Shown here piece after piece: positions 34,236 through 43,813 of a stretch of 45,494 nucleotides of DNA. Position 1 is the stretch's first letter, and each line of letters opens with the position of its first letter. Made by a program: the position numbers and the translations under genes. The DNA is from Kiritimatiellia bacterium (GTDB lineage: Bacteria > Verrucomicrobiota > Kiritimatiellia > RFP12 > UBA1067): assembly GCA_017411125.1 (NCBI GenBank), contig JAFPNP010000097.1, forward strand, positions 1-45,494, written 5' to 3'. A model generated the notes under the pieces. The model worked only from the letters and a program-made list of their open reading frames with translations. It had not been told where the DNA came from and did no database searches.

Positions 34236-35060
34236 TCAGCCTCTTGTTATTTCGTGAATCGCCAGAAGTTTCTTCCACAGCGGCTTCACGTCCTTGAAAG
34301 CTATAGCGTTCGCCGCGTCGGAGAGCGCCTTCTTCGGCGTCACGTGCGTTTCCATGAAAATGCCGTCCACCCCGGTCGCCACGGCCGCCCGCGCAAGCGC
34401 CGGCGCGTACTTTCCGTCGCCGCCCGACCCGGTGCCGAGACCGCCGGGACGCTGCACCGAATGCGTCGCGTCGAAGACCACGGGATAGCCCAGATCCCGC
34501 ATCACGAGCAGGGAGCGCATGTCCGCCACCAGGTTGCGGTACCCGAAACTCGCGCCGCGCTCGCACAGCACGATGCGCCGGTTCCCGGTGGACTCGATCT
34601 TGCCTATGACGTTCGCCATGTCCTCCGGCGCCATGAACTGGCCTTTCTTCACGTTCACCACGGCGCCGGTTTCGCCCGCCGCCACCACGAGGTCGGTCTG
34701 CCGCGCAAGAAACGCGGGAATCTGCAGCACGTCGCAGACTTCCGCCGCGCGCGCGCACTGCCACGGCTCGTGTACGTCCGTGAGCACCGGCACCTCGAAC
34801 CTCTCGCGTATCTCCGCCAGTATGTCCAGCCCCACGTCGATTCCGGGTCCCCGGAAAGCGTCGACGCTCGTGCGGTTGGCCTTGTCGAAGCTCGCCTTGA
34901 ACACGTAGTTCACCGAAAGCTCGTTCGCGACCTCGACGAGACGCGCCGCGAGGTCGATCGCCATCCTGCGGCTTTCAATCACGCACGGGCCCGCGATGAA
35001 CGTAAGCGAGCCGTCGCCAAATGCCACGCCGCGGTCGACGTCTATCTGCTTCACTCTCAT
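34236..35060 (-). CDS. kdsA: 3-deoxy-8-phosphooctulonate (KDO-8-P) synthase
   Basis: 274 aa. FIAGPCVIESR, FKASFDKANRTS, VLTDVHE, LQIPAFLARQTDL and VFDATHSVQRPGG match KdsA throughout. Confidence 0.9.
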   Translation of the reverse strand: MRVKQIDVDRGVAFGDGSLTFIAGPCVIESRRMAIDLAARLVEVANELSVNYVFKASFDKANRTSVDAFRGPGIDVGLDILAEIRERFEVPVLTDVHEPWQCARAAEVCDVLQIPAFLARQTDLVVAAGETGAVVNVKKGQFMAPEDMANVIGKIESTGNRRIVLCERGASFGYRNLVADMRSLLVMRDLGYPVVFDATHSVQRPGGLGTGSGGDGKYAPALARAAVATGVDGIFMETHVTPKKALSDAANAIAFKDVKPLWKKLLAIHEITRG

Positions 35061-35083
35061 CTGTCTTAAATTCCTTGCCGCTT

Positions 35084-35112
35084 ATTATACCAAAAAATGC
35101 GTTGCCTGTGGG
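35084..35112 (-). promoter_or_regulatory. Candidate promoter of the kdsA-to-folB operon (extended -10)
   Basis: On the minus strand: cccaca (35112-35107), a 17-nt spacer, TGgTATAAT (TATAAT at 35089-35084). It sits 23 nt upstream of ATG 35060, with an AAGGA SD in between. The -35 element is weak. Confidence 0.4.
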
Positions 35113-35136
35113 TATGATTCTGACATGAGATTTGAA

Positions 35137-35171
35137 GGCGCCCCGTCCGTTGCGATTTCGGACGGGACGCC
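35137..35171 (-). terminator. Hairpin downstream of cysK (terminator candidate)
   Basis: GGCGCCCCGTCCG ttgcgattt CGGACGGGACGCC: a 13-bp stem with one mismatch, 38 nt after the cysK stop. The minus-strand U-tract is weak (UUCAAAUCU); the plus-strand side is T-rich. Confidence 0.4.
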
Positions 35172-35208
35172 TTGGTTTTCGCGCCTTTTTGAATGTCTTG
35201 CTTTTCCG

Positions 35209-36132
<924 letters not shown>

Positions 36133-36175
36133 TTCGTTTTTTCCTTTCGGTTGGGGTTATTATACACTTTTTCGG

Positions 36176-37075
36176 TCAGAACTGGTACTGCACGGAGAAA
36201 ACCGCGCCGGAACCTACGCCGAGGTTCTTCGTGGAACCCTTGCGGTAGAACTTGTCCTTGTCGCCCGTCTCGGCGAACGCCGCGACGAGGGTGAGTTTCT
36301 TCGTGACGAACCACGCCACGTGCGCGTCCCAGTAGTCGTGGTTGCGGATGCCGTCGCCGGCGTCCACGCCTTGCTTGTACTCCAGGCCGATCGCGACGTT
36401 CTCGGCGGGGAGGATGTCGATGTTGCCGAAGGCGGCCACGTCGTAGTGGTTGTGGCCTACGACGCCGTTCACCACTTCGTCCGAGAGCAGCAATCCCGCC
36501 GACAGCAGCACCGGCACCGGCGTCTGCGTGACGAGTTTAGAGGCGACCGCGTAAGCGTCGAAGCCGTCGTCGTCGAGTTTGAGCGCTTCGACGGTGCGCG
36601 AATCGGTGTATTTGTATACGCCGCCGACGGAGAGCGCCGGAATCCACGACGTGTCGAACGCGTTTTCGTCGAGGAACTTCACCTTCGCGCCTAGGTTGTA
36701 GGTGTTGATCGACTTGTCGCCGTACTTGTGCGCGTTGACGAAGCCGTAGCCGCTGGAAACCTCGACGCGGTCCGCGAACGTTATCGCGGCGGACGCCGCC
36801 CACCAGTTGATGCGCGCGTCGTTGAGATTGACGTACCACGTGCCGACCTGCGGACGCGACACGATTCCGTCCAGAGAGGACTTCGCCGTGGCGTTAGTGG
36901 AGTCGCCCCCGTCTTCGTCCCACGGCAGTCCGGCCGTGTAGGCGAGCGGGTTGAAGGCGATGCCTCCCGTGCCCTGAAGGTTGTTCAGCGGAACGCCCGC
37001 CGTCGCGCCGCCTGCCGCGGCGATCGTCGCCGCAAGCGTCAAACGGATGATTTTGTTTGCTGTAATGTCATTCAT
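36176..37075 (-). CDS. Outer-membrane beta-barrel protein (porin-like; possibly DUF3034-like)
   Basis: Signal peptide (IIRLTLAATIAAAGGATA), alternating hydrophobic beta-strand pattern with many aromatic and Gly residues, and the C-terminal OMP signature ...AVFSVQYQF ending in Phe. The family name is only a recollection. Confidence 0.6.
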   Translation of the reverse strand: MNDITANKIIRLTLAATIAAAGGATAGVPLNNLQGTGGIAFNPLAYTAGLPWDEDGGDSTNATAKSSLDGIVSRPQVGTWYVNLNDARINWWAASAAITFADRVEVSSGYGFVNAHKYGDKSINTYNLGAKVKFLDENAFDTSWIPALSVGGVYKYTDSRTVEALKLDDDGFDAYAVASKLVTQTPVPVLLSAGLLLSDEVVNGVVGHNHYDVAAFGNIDILPAENVAIGLEYKQGVDAGDGIRNHDYWDAHVAWFVTKKLTLVAAFAETGDKDKFYRKGSTKNLGVGSGAVFSVQYQF

Positions 37076-37154
37076 TGATTGAATCCTTTTTTTTGTTTTT
37101 GTAGGTTGGTTTGCAATAAACCCGCCCCTAGGAACAGGCGGAAAAGATGTTTCC

Positions 37155-38450
37155 TCAGATCGCGGACAGGGCGTCGTCGAGCGCGGCGGTGATGTCGTCG
37201 ATGTGTTCGAGGCCGATGGAGAGACGGATCAGTTCCGGCGCGACGCCGCCCTTGCGCAGGTCTTCGTCGGAGAGCTGCGAGTGGGTGGTGGAGGCTGGAT
37301 GGATGATGAGGCTCTTCGCGTCGCCGACGTTCGCGAGAATCGAGAATATCTCCCCGTTCGCCGCGTCCGTGACCTTGCGGGCCTCTTCCGCGCCGCCCTT
37401 GACGCCGAACACCACCACGCCGCCTGCTCCGTTCGGCAGGTACTTCGCTGCGAGTTCGGGCTGCGTGAGCGAGGGATACTTCACCCACGCCACTTTCGGA
37501 TGGTTCTGCAGGTGCTTCGCGACGGTGAGCGCGTTTTCGCTGTGGCGCGCGATGCGCAGCGGCAGCGATTCGACGCCCTGAAGGAAAATCCACGCCGCGT
37601 CCGGCGCGAGCGTCGGCCCTTGGTTGCGGATTCCTACCGTCAGGAGGCGGATGGAGAACGCGATTGGCTTGAGCGCGTCGGGCAGGTCGTGCGCGAAACG
37701 GAGGCCGTGGTACCCGGCGTCCGGCTCGTTGTAGAGCGCAAACTTGGGATTTGCCCAGTCAAATCCGCCTTTTTCCACGACTACGCCGCCGATGCCGGCG
37801 CCGTGCCCGCCGATCCACTTGGAGAGCGAGTGGATGACAAGGTCGGCGCCGTGGTCGAGGGCGCGGAGGAGCGGCGGCGGCGTGAACGTGGCGTCCACGA
37901 CGAGCGGAAGACCGTGTCCGTGCGCGACTTCCGCGTACTTCTCGATGTCCGCGATGTCAAGGGCGGGATTGCCGACGGACTCGACGTAGAGAAGCCTGGT
38001 CTTCTCGTTGATCGCGGCTTCGACGGCCTCGAAATCGTTTACCGGGGTAAAGTTCACTTTTATCCCCGCATTCGGAAGAATTGCGTCGAATTGGCTGAAC
38101 GTACCGCCGTAGAGATTGTTCGCCGCCACGATTTCGTCGCCGGCGCGGGCGATGTTGGTGATAGTGAAATAGATGGCCGCCGTGCCGCTTGAGAGCGTCT
38201 GCGCCGCCGCGCCGCCCTCAAGGGCCGCGATGCGCTTTGCGAGCACGTCGTTCGTCGGGTTCATCAGCCGCGCGTAGATGTTGCCCAGCTCGCGCAGGCC
38301 GAAGAGGTCGGCGCCGTGCTTGGAGTCGCGGAAGTTGTAGGCCGTCGTACGGTAGATCGGCACGGCGCGGGCGTAGGTGGCGGGGTCGCCGTGGACGGAC
38401 TGTCCGGCATGGACCGCCAGCGTTTCGATATGGTATGTTTTGCTGCTCAT
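37155..38450 (-). CDS. metY: O-acetylhomoserine sulfhydrylase / aminocarboxypropyltransferase (PLP-dependent, Cys/Met metabolism family)
   Basis: 431 aa. TYHIETLAVHAGQ, NPTNDVL and the PLP-lysine motif HSLSKWIGGHG. AAGGAG SD before ATG 38450. Confidence 0.9.
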   Translation of the reverse strand: MSSKTYHIETLAVHAGQSVHGDPATYARAVPIYRTTAYNFRDSKHGADLFGLRELGNIYARLMNPTNDVLAKRIAALEGGAAAQTLSSGTAAIYFTITNIARAGDEIVAANNLYGGTFSQFDAILPNAGIKVNFTPVNDFEAVEAAINEKTRLLYVESVGNPALDIADIEKYAEVAHGHGLPLVVDATFTPPPLLRALDHGADLVIHSLSKWIGGHGAGIGGVVVEKGGFDWANPKFALYNEPDAGYHGLRFAHDLPDALKPIAFSIRLLTVGIRNQGPTLAPDAAWIFLQGVESLPLRIARHSENALTVAKHLQNHPKVAWVKYPSLTQPELAAKYLPNGAGGVVVFGVKGGAEEARKVTDAANGEIFSILANVGDAKSLIIHPASTTHSQLSDEDLRKGGVAPELIRLSIGLEHIDDITAALDDALSAI

Positions 38451-38598
38451 TTTCTCTTGCTCCTTCTTTTTCGGGGTGACGGCGAATAGTATCTCATATT
38501 TTTGTTGCTAGGTGGTAATCGGAAGTATTTGTGCCAAGCCATAGGGAATGCCTATATGGTACGGACTCGTTTTTCTCCCTATGGGCACACGATCCTTT

Positions 38599-38686
38599 CC
38601 CCTAGGGTTCATAATCGCCCCCCTTAGGGTTCATAATCGCCCTCCTTAGGGTTCATAATTCCCCTCCCCTAGGGTTTATAATCGCC
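38599..38686. repeat. Four tandem direct repeats of ~22 bp in the metY / DUF192 divergent intergenic region
   Basis: Units: cccctagggttcataatcgcc / ccccttagggttcataatcgcc / ctccttagggttcataattccc / ctcccctagggtttataatcgcc, contiguous. Preceded by CCATAGGGA (38539), CCTATATGG (38551) and CCCTATGGG (38578) boxes. Confidence 0.85.
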
Positions 38687-38767
38687 CCATGGGGCGGCGG
38701 GCGGCGGAAGTACGGTATTCTTGTTGCAATTTTGCGCCGATTGTGAGATACTATTTCCCGCAATATT

Positions 38768-39085
38768 ATGGAATACGCAACGATAAATGGTGTGAGGTCG
38801 GGCGTCGCGAAGTCTTTTCTTCAGCGTCTGAGAGGGCTTATGTGGAAAGACCGCCTTCCGCCCGGCGAGGGGCTTCTCATATTGAGGTGCAACTCCATCC
38901 ATACTTGTTTCATGCGCTTCGCCATAGACGCGACGTTTCTGGACGACGACGGCAACGTCGTAAAGGTCGTGCGCAACATACGCCCGTGGCGTCTTTGCGT
39001 GTGGGGCGGGTTCAAGGCGCGAAAGGTGCTTGAAACGGCATCGGAATGTGCCTACGGCGCGGAAAAAGGAGGCAAACATGCTTAA
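38768..39085 (+). CDS. DUF192-domain protein
   Basis: 105 aa. RLRGLMWKDRLPPGEGLLI...NSIHTCFMRFAIDATFLDDDGNVVKV...PW follows the DUF192 pattern (GLM.r..l....gmlf......H...m...iD..f.d..g.v). Overlaps the murQ start by 8 nt. Confidence 0.7.
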   Translation: MEYATINGVRSGVAKSFLQRLRGLMWKDRLPPGEGLLILRCNSIHTCFMRFAIDATFLDDDGNVVKVVRNIRPWRLCVWGGFKARKVLETASECAYGAEKGGKHA

Positions 39086-39905
39086 GACGGAAATGCGGAA
39101 TCCGAACACCACGCATCTGGACAGGATGTCTACGGCCGATATGCTGAAAGTCATACAGGCGGAAAACCACAACGCCGTGAAGGCGGTGGATGGATGCCTA
39201 GATGCGATAGAACGCGCCGTGGACGCCGCGACGGAGGCGTTGCGGAACGGCGGGCGGTTGATATACGTCGGCGCGGGAACGTCCGGGCGGCTTGGCGTGC
39301 TGGACGCGTCGGAGGCGTGCCCGACGTTTGGAGTGCCGGAGGGTACGGTTCTCGGCGTAATGGCCGGCGGCGTGGAGGCTCTTTACCGCGCCGGGGAGCC
39401 GGAAGAGGACAGCGCGGAGTTCGGCGAGCGCGATGTCAAGGCGGCGGGACTTTCTCCGGCCGACTGCGTCGTCGGCGTTAGCGCGTCGGGCGGCGCGGAA
39501 TACGTGCTGGGTGCGCTGAGATACGCAAAGACGCTCGGCTGCGCCACCGTGGGGCTTACGTGCAACGCCGGTTCGCCGCTCGACGTCCTCGCCGGCATTT
39601 CGATCGTCACGGACACCGGCGCGGAAGTCGTGACCGGCTCTACGCGCATGAAGGCCGGAACGGCGCACAAGCTCGTTCTCAACATGCTTTCCACCTGTTC
39701 AATGGTCAGGCTCGGCAACGTATACGAGAACCTGATGGTGAACCTGCGGCCGTCCAACGACAAGCTGCGCGAACGCATGGTCCGAATAGTAGAGGAAATA
39801 TGCAAGGCCGGGCCGGACGACGCCCGCCAGCTTCTTGAGCGCTCCGGATGGAGCATACGCCGCGCCGTCACCGCCGCAGATCGTGTCAGTTCCGATCCGC
39901 TTTGA
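39078..39905 (+). CDS. murQ: N-acetylmuramic acid 6-phosphate etherase
   Basis: Trimmed to ATG 39078, preceded by AAAGGAGG. TEMRNPNTTHLD, SIS-domain GAGTSGRLGVLDASEACPTFG, TGSTRMKAGTAHKLVLNMLST. Confidence 0.85.
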   Translation: MLKTEMRNPNTTHLDRMSTADMLKVIQAENHNAVKAVDGCLDAIERAVDAATEALRNGGRLIYVGAGTSGRLGVLDASEACPTFGVPEGTVLGVMAGGVEALYRAGEPEEDSAEFGERDVKAAGLSPADCVVGVSASGGAEYVLGALRYAKTLGCATVGLTCNAGSPLDVLAGISIVTDTGAEVVTGSTRMKAGTAHKLVLNMLSTCSMVRLGNVYENLMVNLRPSNDKLRERMVRIVEEICKAGPDDARQLLERSGWSIRRAVTAADRVSSDPL

Positions 39906-42900
39906 GCCATAGCGCGTCAAGGCGTTTCGGGCTGACGGGGGCCGGCGTGTGGAGTTCCTGCGCGAAAAGCGACACGCGGTACTCTTCCACCATCCAGCGG
40001 TATTCCGAAAGCGCGGCGGCGTCGTATCTGCCGGACTTGTCTGCAACCGCCGTCGCGTAGCGCAGCCAGTGCGGAGCGAGGAGTTTTTCTTTCGCGAGGT
40101 CTCCGGACGGATTCACGCGGGCGCGGTCGAGGCGGATCGCCGCGCCCTTGAGATAGCGGGCGTAGTGCCGCAGCCGCGCAAGCGGGACGACGCGGGGAAA
40201 ACCTCTGAAGAGCAGCCACGCGAGCTGCGTCTGGACTGAATCCGCCGTTTCGCGCGGAAACCGCGAAGACGGCGATTCGACCGCCGCGGCCACTTTCGCG
40301 GCCGCGTCCGCGGCTTCCGCCGCGATGCGCCCGATTTCGTCCTGCGCGATGTTCAGCGCGGTGCGCCTTTCTTCCAGGCGTCTGGCGAACTCGTCGCCGT
40401 CGCGGACGGGCGGAAGGCCGCGCACGAACGCTTCGCGCACCGCTCCGGAAAGAATGTCGTCTGCCATGCGGTCGTCGGAGTAGTCGAGGCCGCGCAGGTA
40501 CGCGGCGGCAGCGAACGGAAGTTTTCCGCGCCGGAACGGCGTCCGCGCGCGCGGGCCGAGGGCGAGCAGGAAGAGCCGCGCCACGCCGGCGGCGTGCGCG
40601 GACGCTGCATCCTCCGCGTTGGCGAAGAGCCGCAGCGTAACGCCTGTTCCTTCGTCCTGGAGGGCGGGGTAGTGTTCGAGCGTCCATCCGGCGTGTCCGT
40701 TGGCGGCCTTTTCGGGGATGGCGCCGAACGTCCACGCGGTCGAAGGCGTCGCAGACGAACGCGCCTTTTCCGGGGCGCGGTCTTGCGGAAGCGCGGCGAA
40801 GATTTCGTCGAGGTCGCGCGACGCGGCAACTACGCGGCCCGTCGCGTCGTCCACGATGCGGTAGCGCACGCGGAGGTGTGCGGGGAGGCGCACCGCCGCC
40901 AGCGTTTCCGGCGGGATGCGGAATCCCCATTGTTCGCATACGGTGCGGCGCACCGCGTCGAGCAGCGGTTCGGAGCCGGGCTTGAGATGGGCGAGAAGTC
41001 CGGCGACGGTGTCCTGTATCGGAGACAGCACCCGGCGGAACGACGACGGGAGGCCGGAGAGGATGCAGGTGAGTTTTTCTGGAAGAAGGCCGGGCACGAG
41101 CCAGTCCGCGCGCCAGAGGCGGAGGGCGGAGGCGCGTGACGCGCGCACCGTGCATGTGACGCCGTCGTCCTCTTCCCCAGGCGCGTTGCGGTAGGATAGC
41201 GCCATTTTGACGTCGCCGATGCGTATGGCGTCCGGGAAGTCGCGCGAGGCGGCCTCTTCCGCCGGCCACCAGTCCGTTTTCTTCAGCCGGAACGCGCCGA
41301 GCTGGGCCGGAGTCGCGCGGGCGAGCCATTTGCGTAGGGCGTCGGCGGACGCGACGTCCGGCGGAACCGCTTTGTCGAAATACGCTTCAAGCCGTTCCGC
41401 GTCGAACAGTTCGGGGCGGCGCTCCTTTTCCGCGCGGCGGCGGAGCGCGTCCACGAGGGCGCTGTTTTCGCGCACTTGCGCGGGTGGACGCGGAAACTCG
41501 CCGTCCACGAGCCCGCGCCGGATGAATATCTTCCGGGCGAGGGCCGGGTCGAGGCGTGTCAGGTCGCGCCGCCGCGCCGGCACTATCACGAGGCCGTACA
41601 GCGTGACCTGCTCCGTGACGCGCACGAAACCGGCCTGCGGATCCCATTCGGGCGAATGCCAATGCCGTTTGCAGAGATCGCCGGCCACGGGCTCTATCCA
41701 CGACGGATCAAGCGCGGCGGCGGAGCGGGCGAAGAGGCGGGCGGTGTCTACCAGCTCCCCCGCGAACACCCACGGCGGCGACATCTTCTTCAGGGCGGAG
41801 GACGGATGCGCCACGAAACGGAGGCCGTGCGCGCCGCGGTAGTCCCGCGCTTCCTCGTCGAACTTTCCTATGCGGCCGAGAAGTCCGGCGAGCAGCGACC
41901 TGTGCAGGGCGGCGGAAGTTTCCTCGTCCTTCCGTCCCTCCGGCTCGGCGAACGACAGCCCGATGCGTCTGGAGAGGCTTTCCAGCTGTCTGGCGAGATC
42001 GCGCCATTCGCGCATCTTGGGATACGAGAGAAAGTTCGCCGTGCAAAGTTTCCTGGCCTTTGCCTGCGACAGCCCGCCGGTCTCTTTCTCCCACCAGTCC
42101 CAGAGCCTGCGCATTCCGAGGAAGTCGGAGCCGGGGACGCGGAACTTGGCGTGCTGCTGGTCGGCCTGCTGCTTCGCGTCGATCGGGCGGCGTCTTGGAT
42201 CGTCGCACGAAAGCGCCGCCACGACTGGAATCGCGGTGGGCAGCACGGCGTTTTCGGAGGCGGCGAGGAGCATCCGGGCGAGACGCGGTTCGACGGGGAT
42301 CTGCGCAAGCTTGCGCCCGGTGTCCGTCAAGGCCGGGCCGCCGTCCGGCGCGTGGCACACCGCGCCGAGTTCCAGCAGTTCCCTGAAGCCTTCGCGGACC
42401 ATGGCGGGTTTGGGAGAGTCTATGAACGGAAACCGCTCGATGTCGCCGAGGCGGAGGTCGAGCATGGAGAGTATCACTCCGGCAAGGGACGAGCGCAGGA
42501 TTTCGGGCGGGGTGTATGCGTCGCGTGAGTTGAAGTCTTCTTCCGAGTAGAGGCGGATGCACGTTCCTGGCCCGATGCGTCCGCACCGTCCGGCACGCTG
42601 GCGGGCAGAGGCCTGCGAGACGGGTTCGATCTGGAGGCGCTGCACCTGCGTGCGGTGGACGTAGCGCGAGATTCGCGCAAGGCCGCTGTCCACTACGGCC
42701 CGGACGCCCGGGATCGTGACGGAGGTTTCCGCCACGTTCGTGGCGAGGATGATGCGGCGGCGCGGGGAAGGGCGGAACGCCCGCTGCTGTTCGCCCGCCG
42801 GAAGGGACGCCAGAAGCGGAATTACGTCGTCCTCGCCGCGCCGCGCGTGGACAAGATGTTCCGCCGTTTCGCGGATGTCGCGTTCGCCCGGCAGGAACAC

Positions 42901-43569
42901 CAGGACGTCGTCGCGCGGCGGCAGTTCGGATATGGCGGAAGCGATGTCGCGCGGGAGGTCGAGTTCCTCGTCCTCCGGCGGCGGACGGTATCTGACTTCT
43001 ATGGGATAGAGCCGCCCCGGCACGGAAATCACGGGGGCGCCGTCGAAGAACGCCGAGAATCGTTCCGTATCTAGCGTCGCTGAGGACACGATGACTTTCA
43101 GATCGCGGCGGCGCTTCAGGATGCGCTTGAGCATGCCCAGCAGGAAGTCGATGTTCAGGGAGCGTTCGTGGGCTTCGTCCACTATTATGCAGCCGTACTG
43201 GCGCAGAAGGGGATCGGCGCGCGTTTCGGCCAGCAGCACGCCGTCGGTCATGAACTTCACCAGCGTATCCTGCGAAACGCGGCGGGCGAAGCGGTGCTGG
43301 TAGCCGACAAGTCCGCCCACGGGCGATTGCAGTTCTTCGGCCACGCGCTCCGCCATTGCGACGGCGGCGAGACGCCGCGGCTGCGTGCAGGCGATGCGCC
43401 GCGCCGCGTCCGGGGCAAGTTCGAGCGCCATCTTGGGGAGCTGGGTCGTCTTGCCGCTTCCGGTGTCGCCGCACACGACGACCACGCGGTGTGCGCGGAG
43501 CGCCGCGAGAATCTCTTCGCGGCGGGCGCATATCGGCAGTTCCGAAGGGTAGCGTATGTGGTGCGGCAT
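39886..43569 (-). CDS. hrpA: ATP-dependent RNA helicase HrpA (DEAH-box)
   Basis: Trimmed to ATG 43569 (MPHHIRYPSELPICARREEIL); the 41 upstream codons run into the tRNA gene. Motif I CGDTGSGKTTQLPK, motif II IIVDEAHERS, motif VI QRAGRCGR, and the long HA2/OB/HrpA-specific C-terminal region. Confidence 0.9.
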   Translation of the reverse strand: MPHHIRYPSELPICARREEILAALRAHRVVVVCGDTGSGKTTQLPKMALELAPDAARRIACTQPRRLAAVAMAERVAEELQSPVGGLVGYQHRFARRVSQDTLVKFMTDGVLLAETRADPLLRQYGCIIVDEAHERSLNIDFLLGMLKRILKRRRDLKVIVSSATLDTERFSAFFDGAPVISVPGRLYPIEVRYRPPPEDEELDLPRDIASAISELPPRDDVLVFLPGERDIRETAEHLVHARRGEDDVIPLLASLPAGEQQRAFRPSPRRRIILATNVAETSVTIPGVRAVVDSGLARISRYVHRTQVQRLQIEPVSQASARQRAGRCGRIGPGTCIRLYSEEDFNSRDAYTPPEILRSSLAGVILSMLDLRLGDIERFPFIDSPKPAMVREGFRELLELGAVCHAPDGGPALTDTGRKLAQIPVEPRLARMLLAASENAVLPTAIPVVAALSCDDPRRRPIDAKQQADQQHAKFRVPGSDFLGMRRLWDWWEKETGGLSQAKARKLCTANFLSYPKMREWRDLARQLESLSRRIGLSFAEPEGRKDEETSAALHRSLLAGLLGRIGKFDEEARDYRGAHGLRFVAHPSSALKKMSPPWVFAGELVDTARLFARSAAALDPSWIEPVAGDLCKRHWHSPEWDPQAGFVRVTEQVTLYGLVIVPARRRDLTRLDPALARKIFIRRGLVDGEFPRPPAQVRENSALVDALRRRAEKERRPELFDAERLEAYFDKAVPPDVASADALRKWLARATPAQLGAFRLKKTDWWPAEEAASRDFPDAIRIGDVKMALSYRNAPGEEDDGVTCTVRASRASALRLWRADWLVPGLLPEKLTCILSGLPSSFRRVLSPIQDTVAGLLAHLKPGSEPLLDAVRRTVCEQWGFRIPPETLAAVRLPAHLRVRYRIVDDATGRVVAASRDLDEIFAALPQDRAPEKARSSATPSTAWTFGAIPEKAANGHAGWTLEHYPALQDEGTGVTLRLFANAEDAASAHAAGVARLFLLALGPRARTPFRRGKLPFAAAAYLRGLDYSDDRMADDILSGAVREAFVRGLPPVRDGDEFARRLEERRTALNIAQDEIGRIAAEAADAAAKVAAAVESPSSRFPRETADSVQTQLAWLLFRGFPRVVPLARLRHYARYLKGAAIRLDRARVNPSGDLAKEKLLAPHWLRYATAVADKSGRYDAAALSEYRWMVEEYRVSLFAQELHTPAPVSPKRLDALWLKADRN

Positions 43570-43632
43570 GGCGTAGATTATACCACAAAAGCCTGTCGGC
43601 GGCAGCCTCGGCAAAAAAGCGAAAAAACGTCC

Positions 43633-43661
43633 TTGCAAGTCGTCTAGGGATTTAGTAGAAT
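43633..43661 (+). promoter_or_regulatory. Sigma70-type promoter for tRNA-Thr
   Basis: TTGCAA (43633-43638), a 17-nt spacer, TAGAAT (43656-43661), 18 nt upstream of the first tRNA base. Confidence 0.55.
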
Positions 43662-43679
43662 ATACGGCGTTTTCCATTA

Positions 43680-43755
43680 GCCAGGTTAGCACAGCTGGTA
43701 GTGCGGCTCATTCGTAATGAGCAGGTCGGCGGTTCGAATCCGTTACCTGGCTCCA
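43680..43755 (+). tRNA. tRNA-Thr (anticodon CGU), CCA encoded
   Basis: Hand-folded 76-nt cloverleaf: acceptor GCCAGGT/ACCTGGC, D-arm GCAC-AGCTGGTA-GTGC, anticodon arm GCTCA-TTCGTAA-TGAGC (CGT at 34-36, T33, A37), variable loop AGGTC, T-arm GGCGG-TTCGAAT-CCGTT (two G-U pairs), discriminator T, then CCA. Confidence 0.85.
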
Positions 43756-43813
43756 CTCAAGTTGCGTTTCGCGCAACGGATTCCCCTCGTACAAAGGAAG
43801 ATAGGGCAAACGC

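Noticed and set aside
38451-38600. A SAM-I (S-box) or other known SAM riboswitch in the metY leader.
   Set aside because: I could not find the conserved S-box elements (for example the GAGGGA...GCCC kink-turn/pseudoknot core and the AGA-GAG closing helix). A hairpin is present, but the class is undetermined. It is reported only as an unclassified structured leader.
43570-43692. The hrpA ORF extending 41 codons further upstream (MLTWLMENAV...).
   Set aside because: The extension overlaps the tRNA-Thr gene and its promoter on the opposite strand. ATG 43569 gives the canonical HrpA N-terminus just before motif I.
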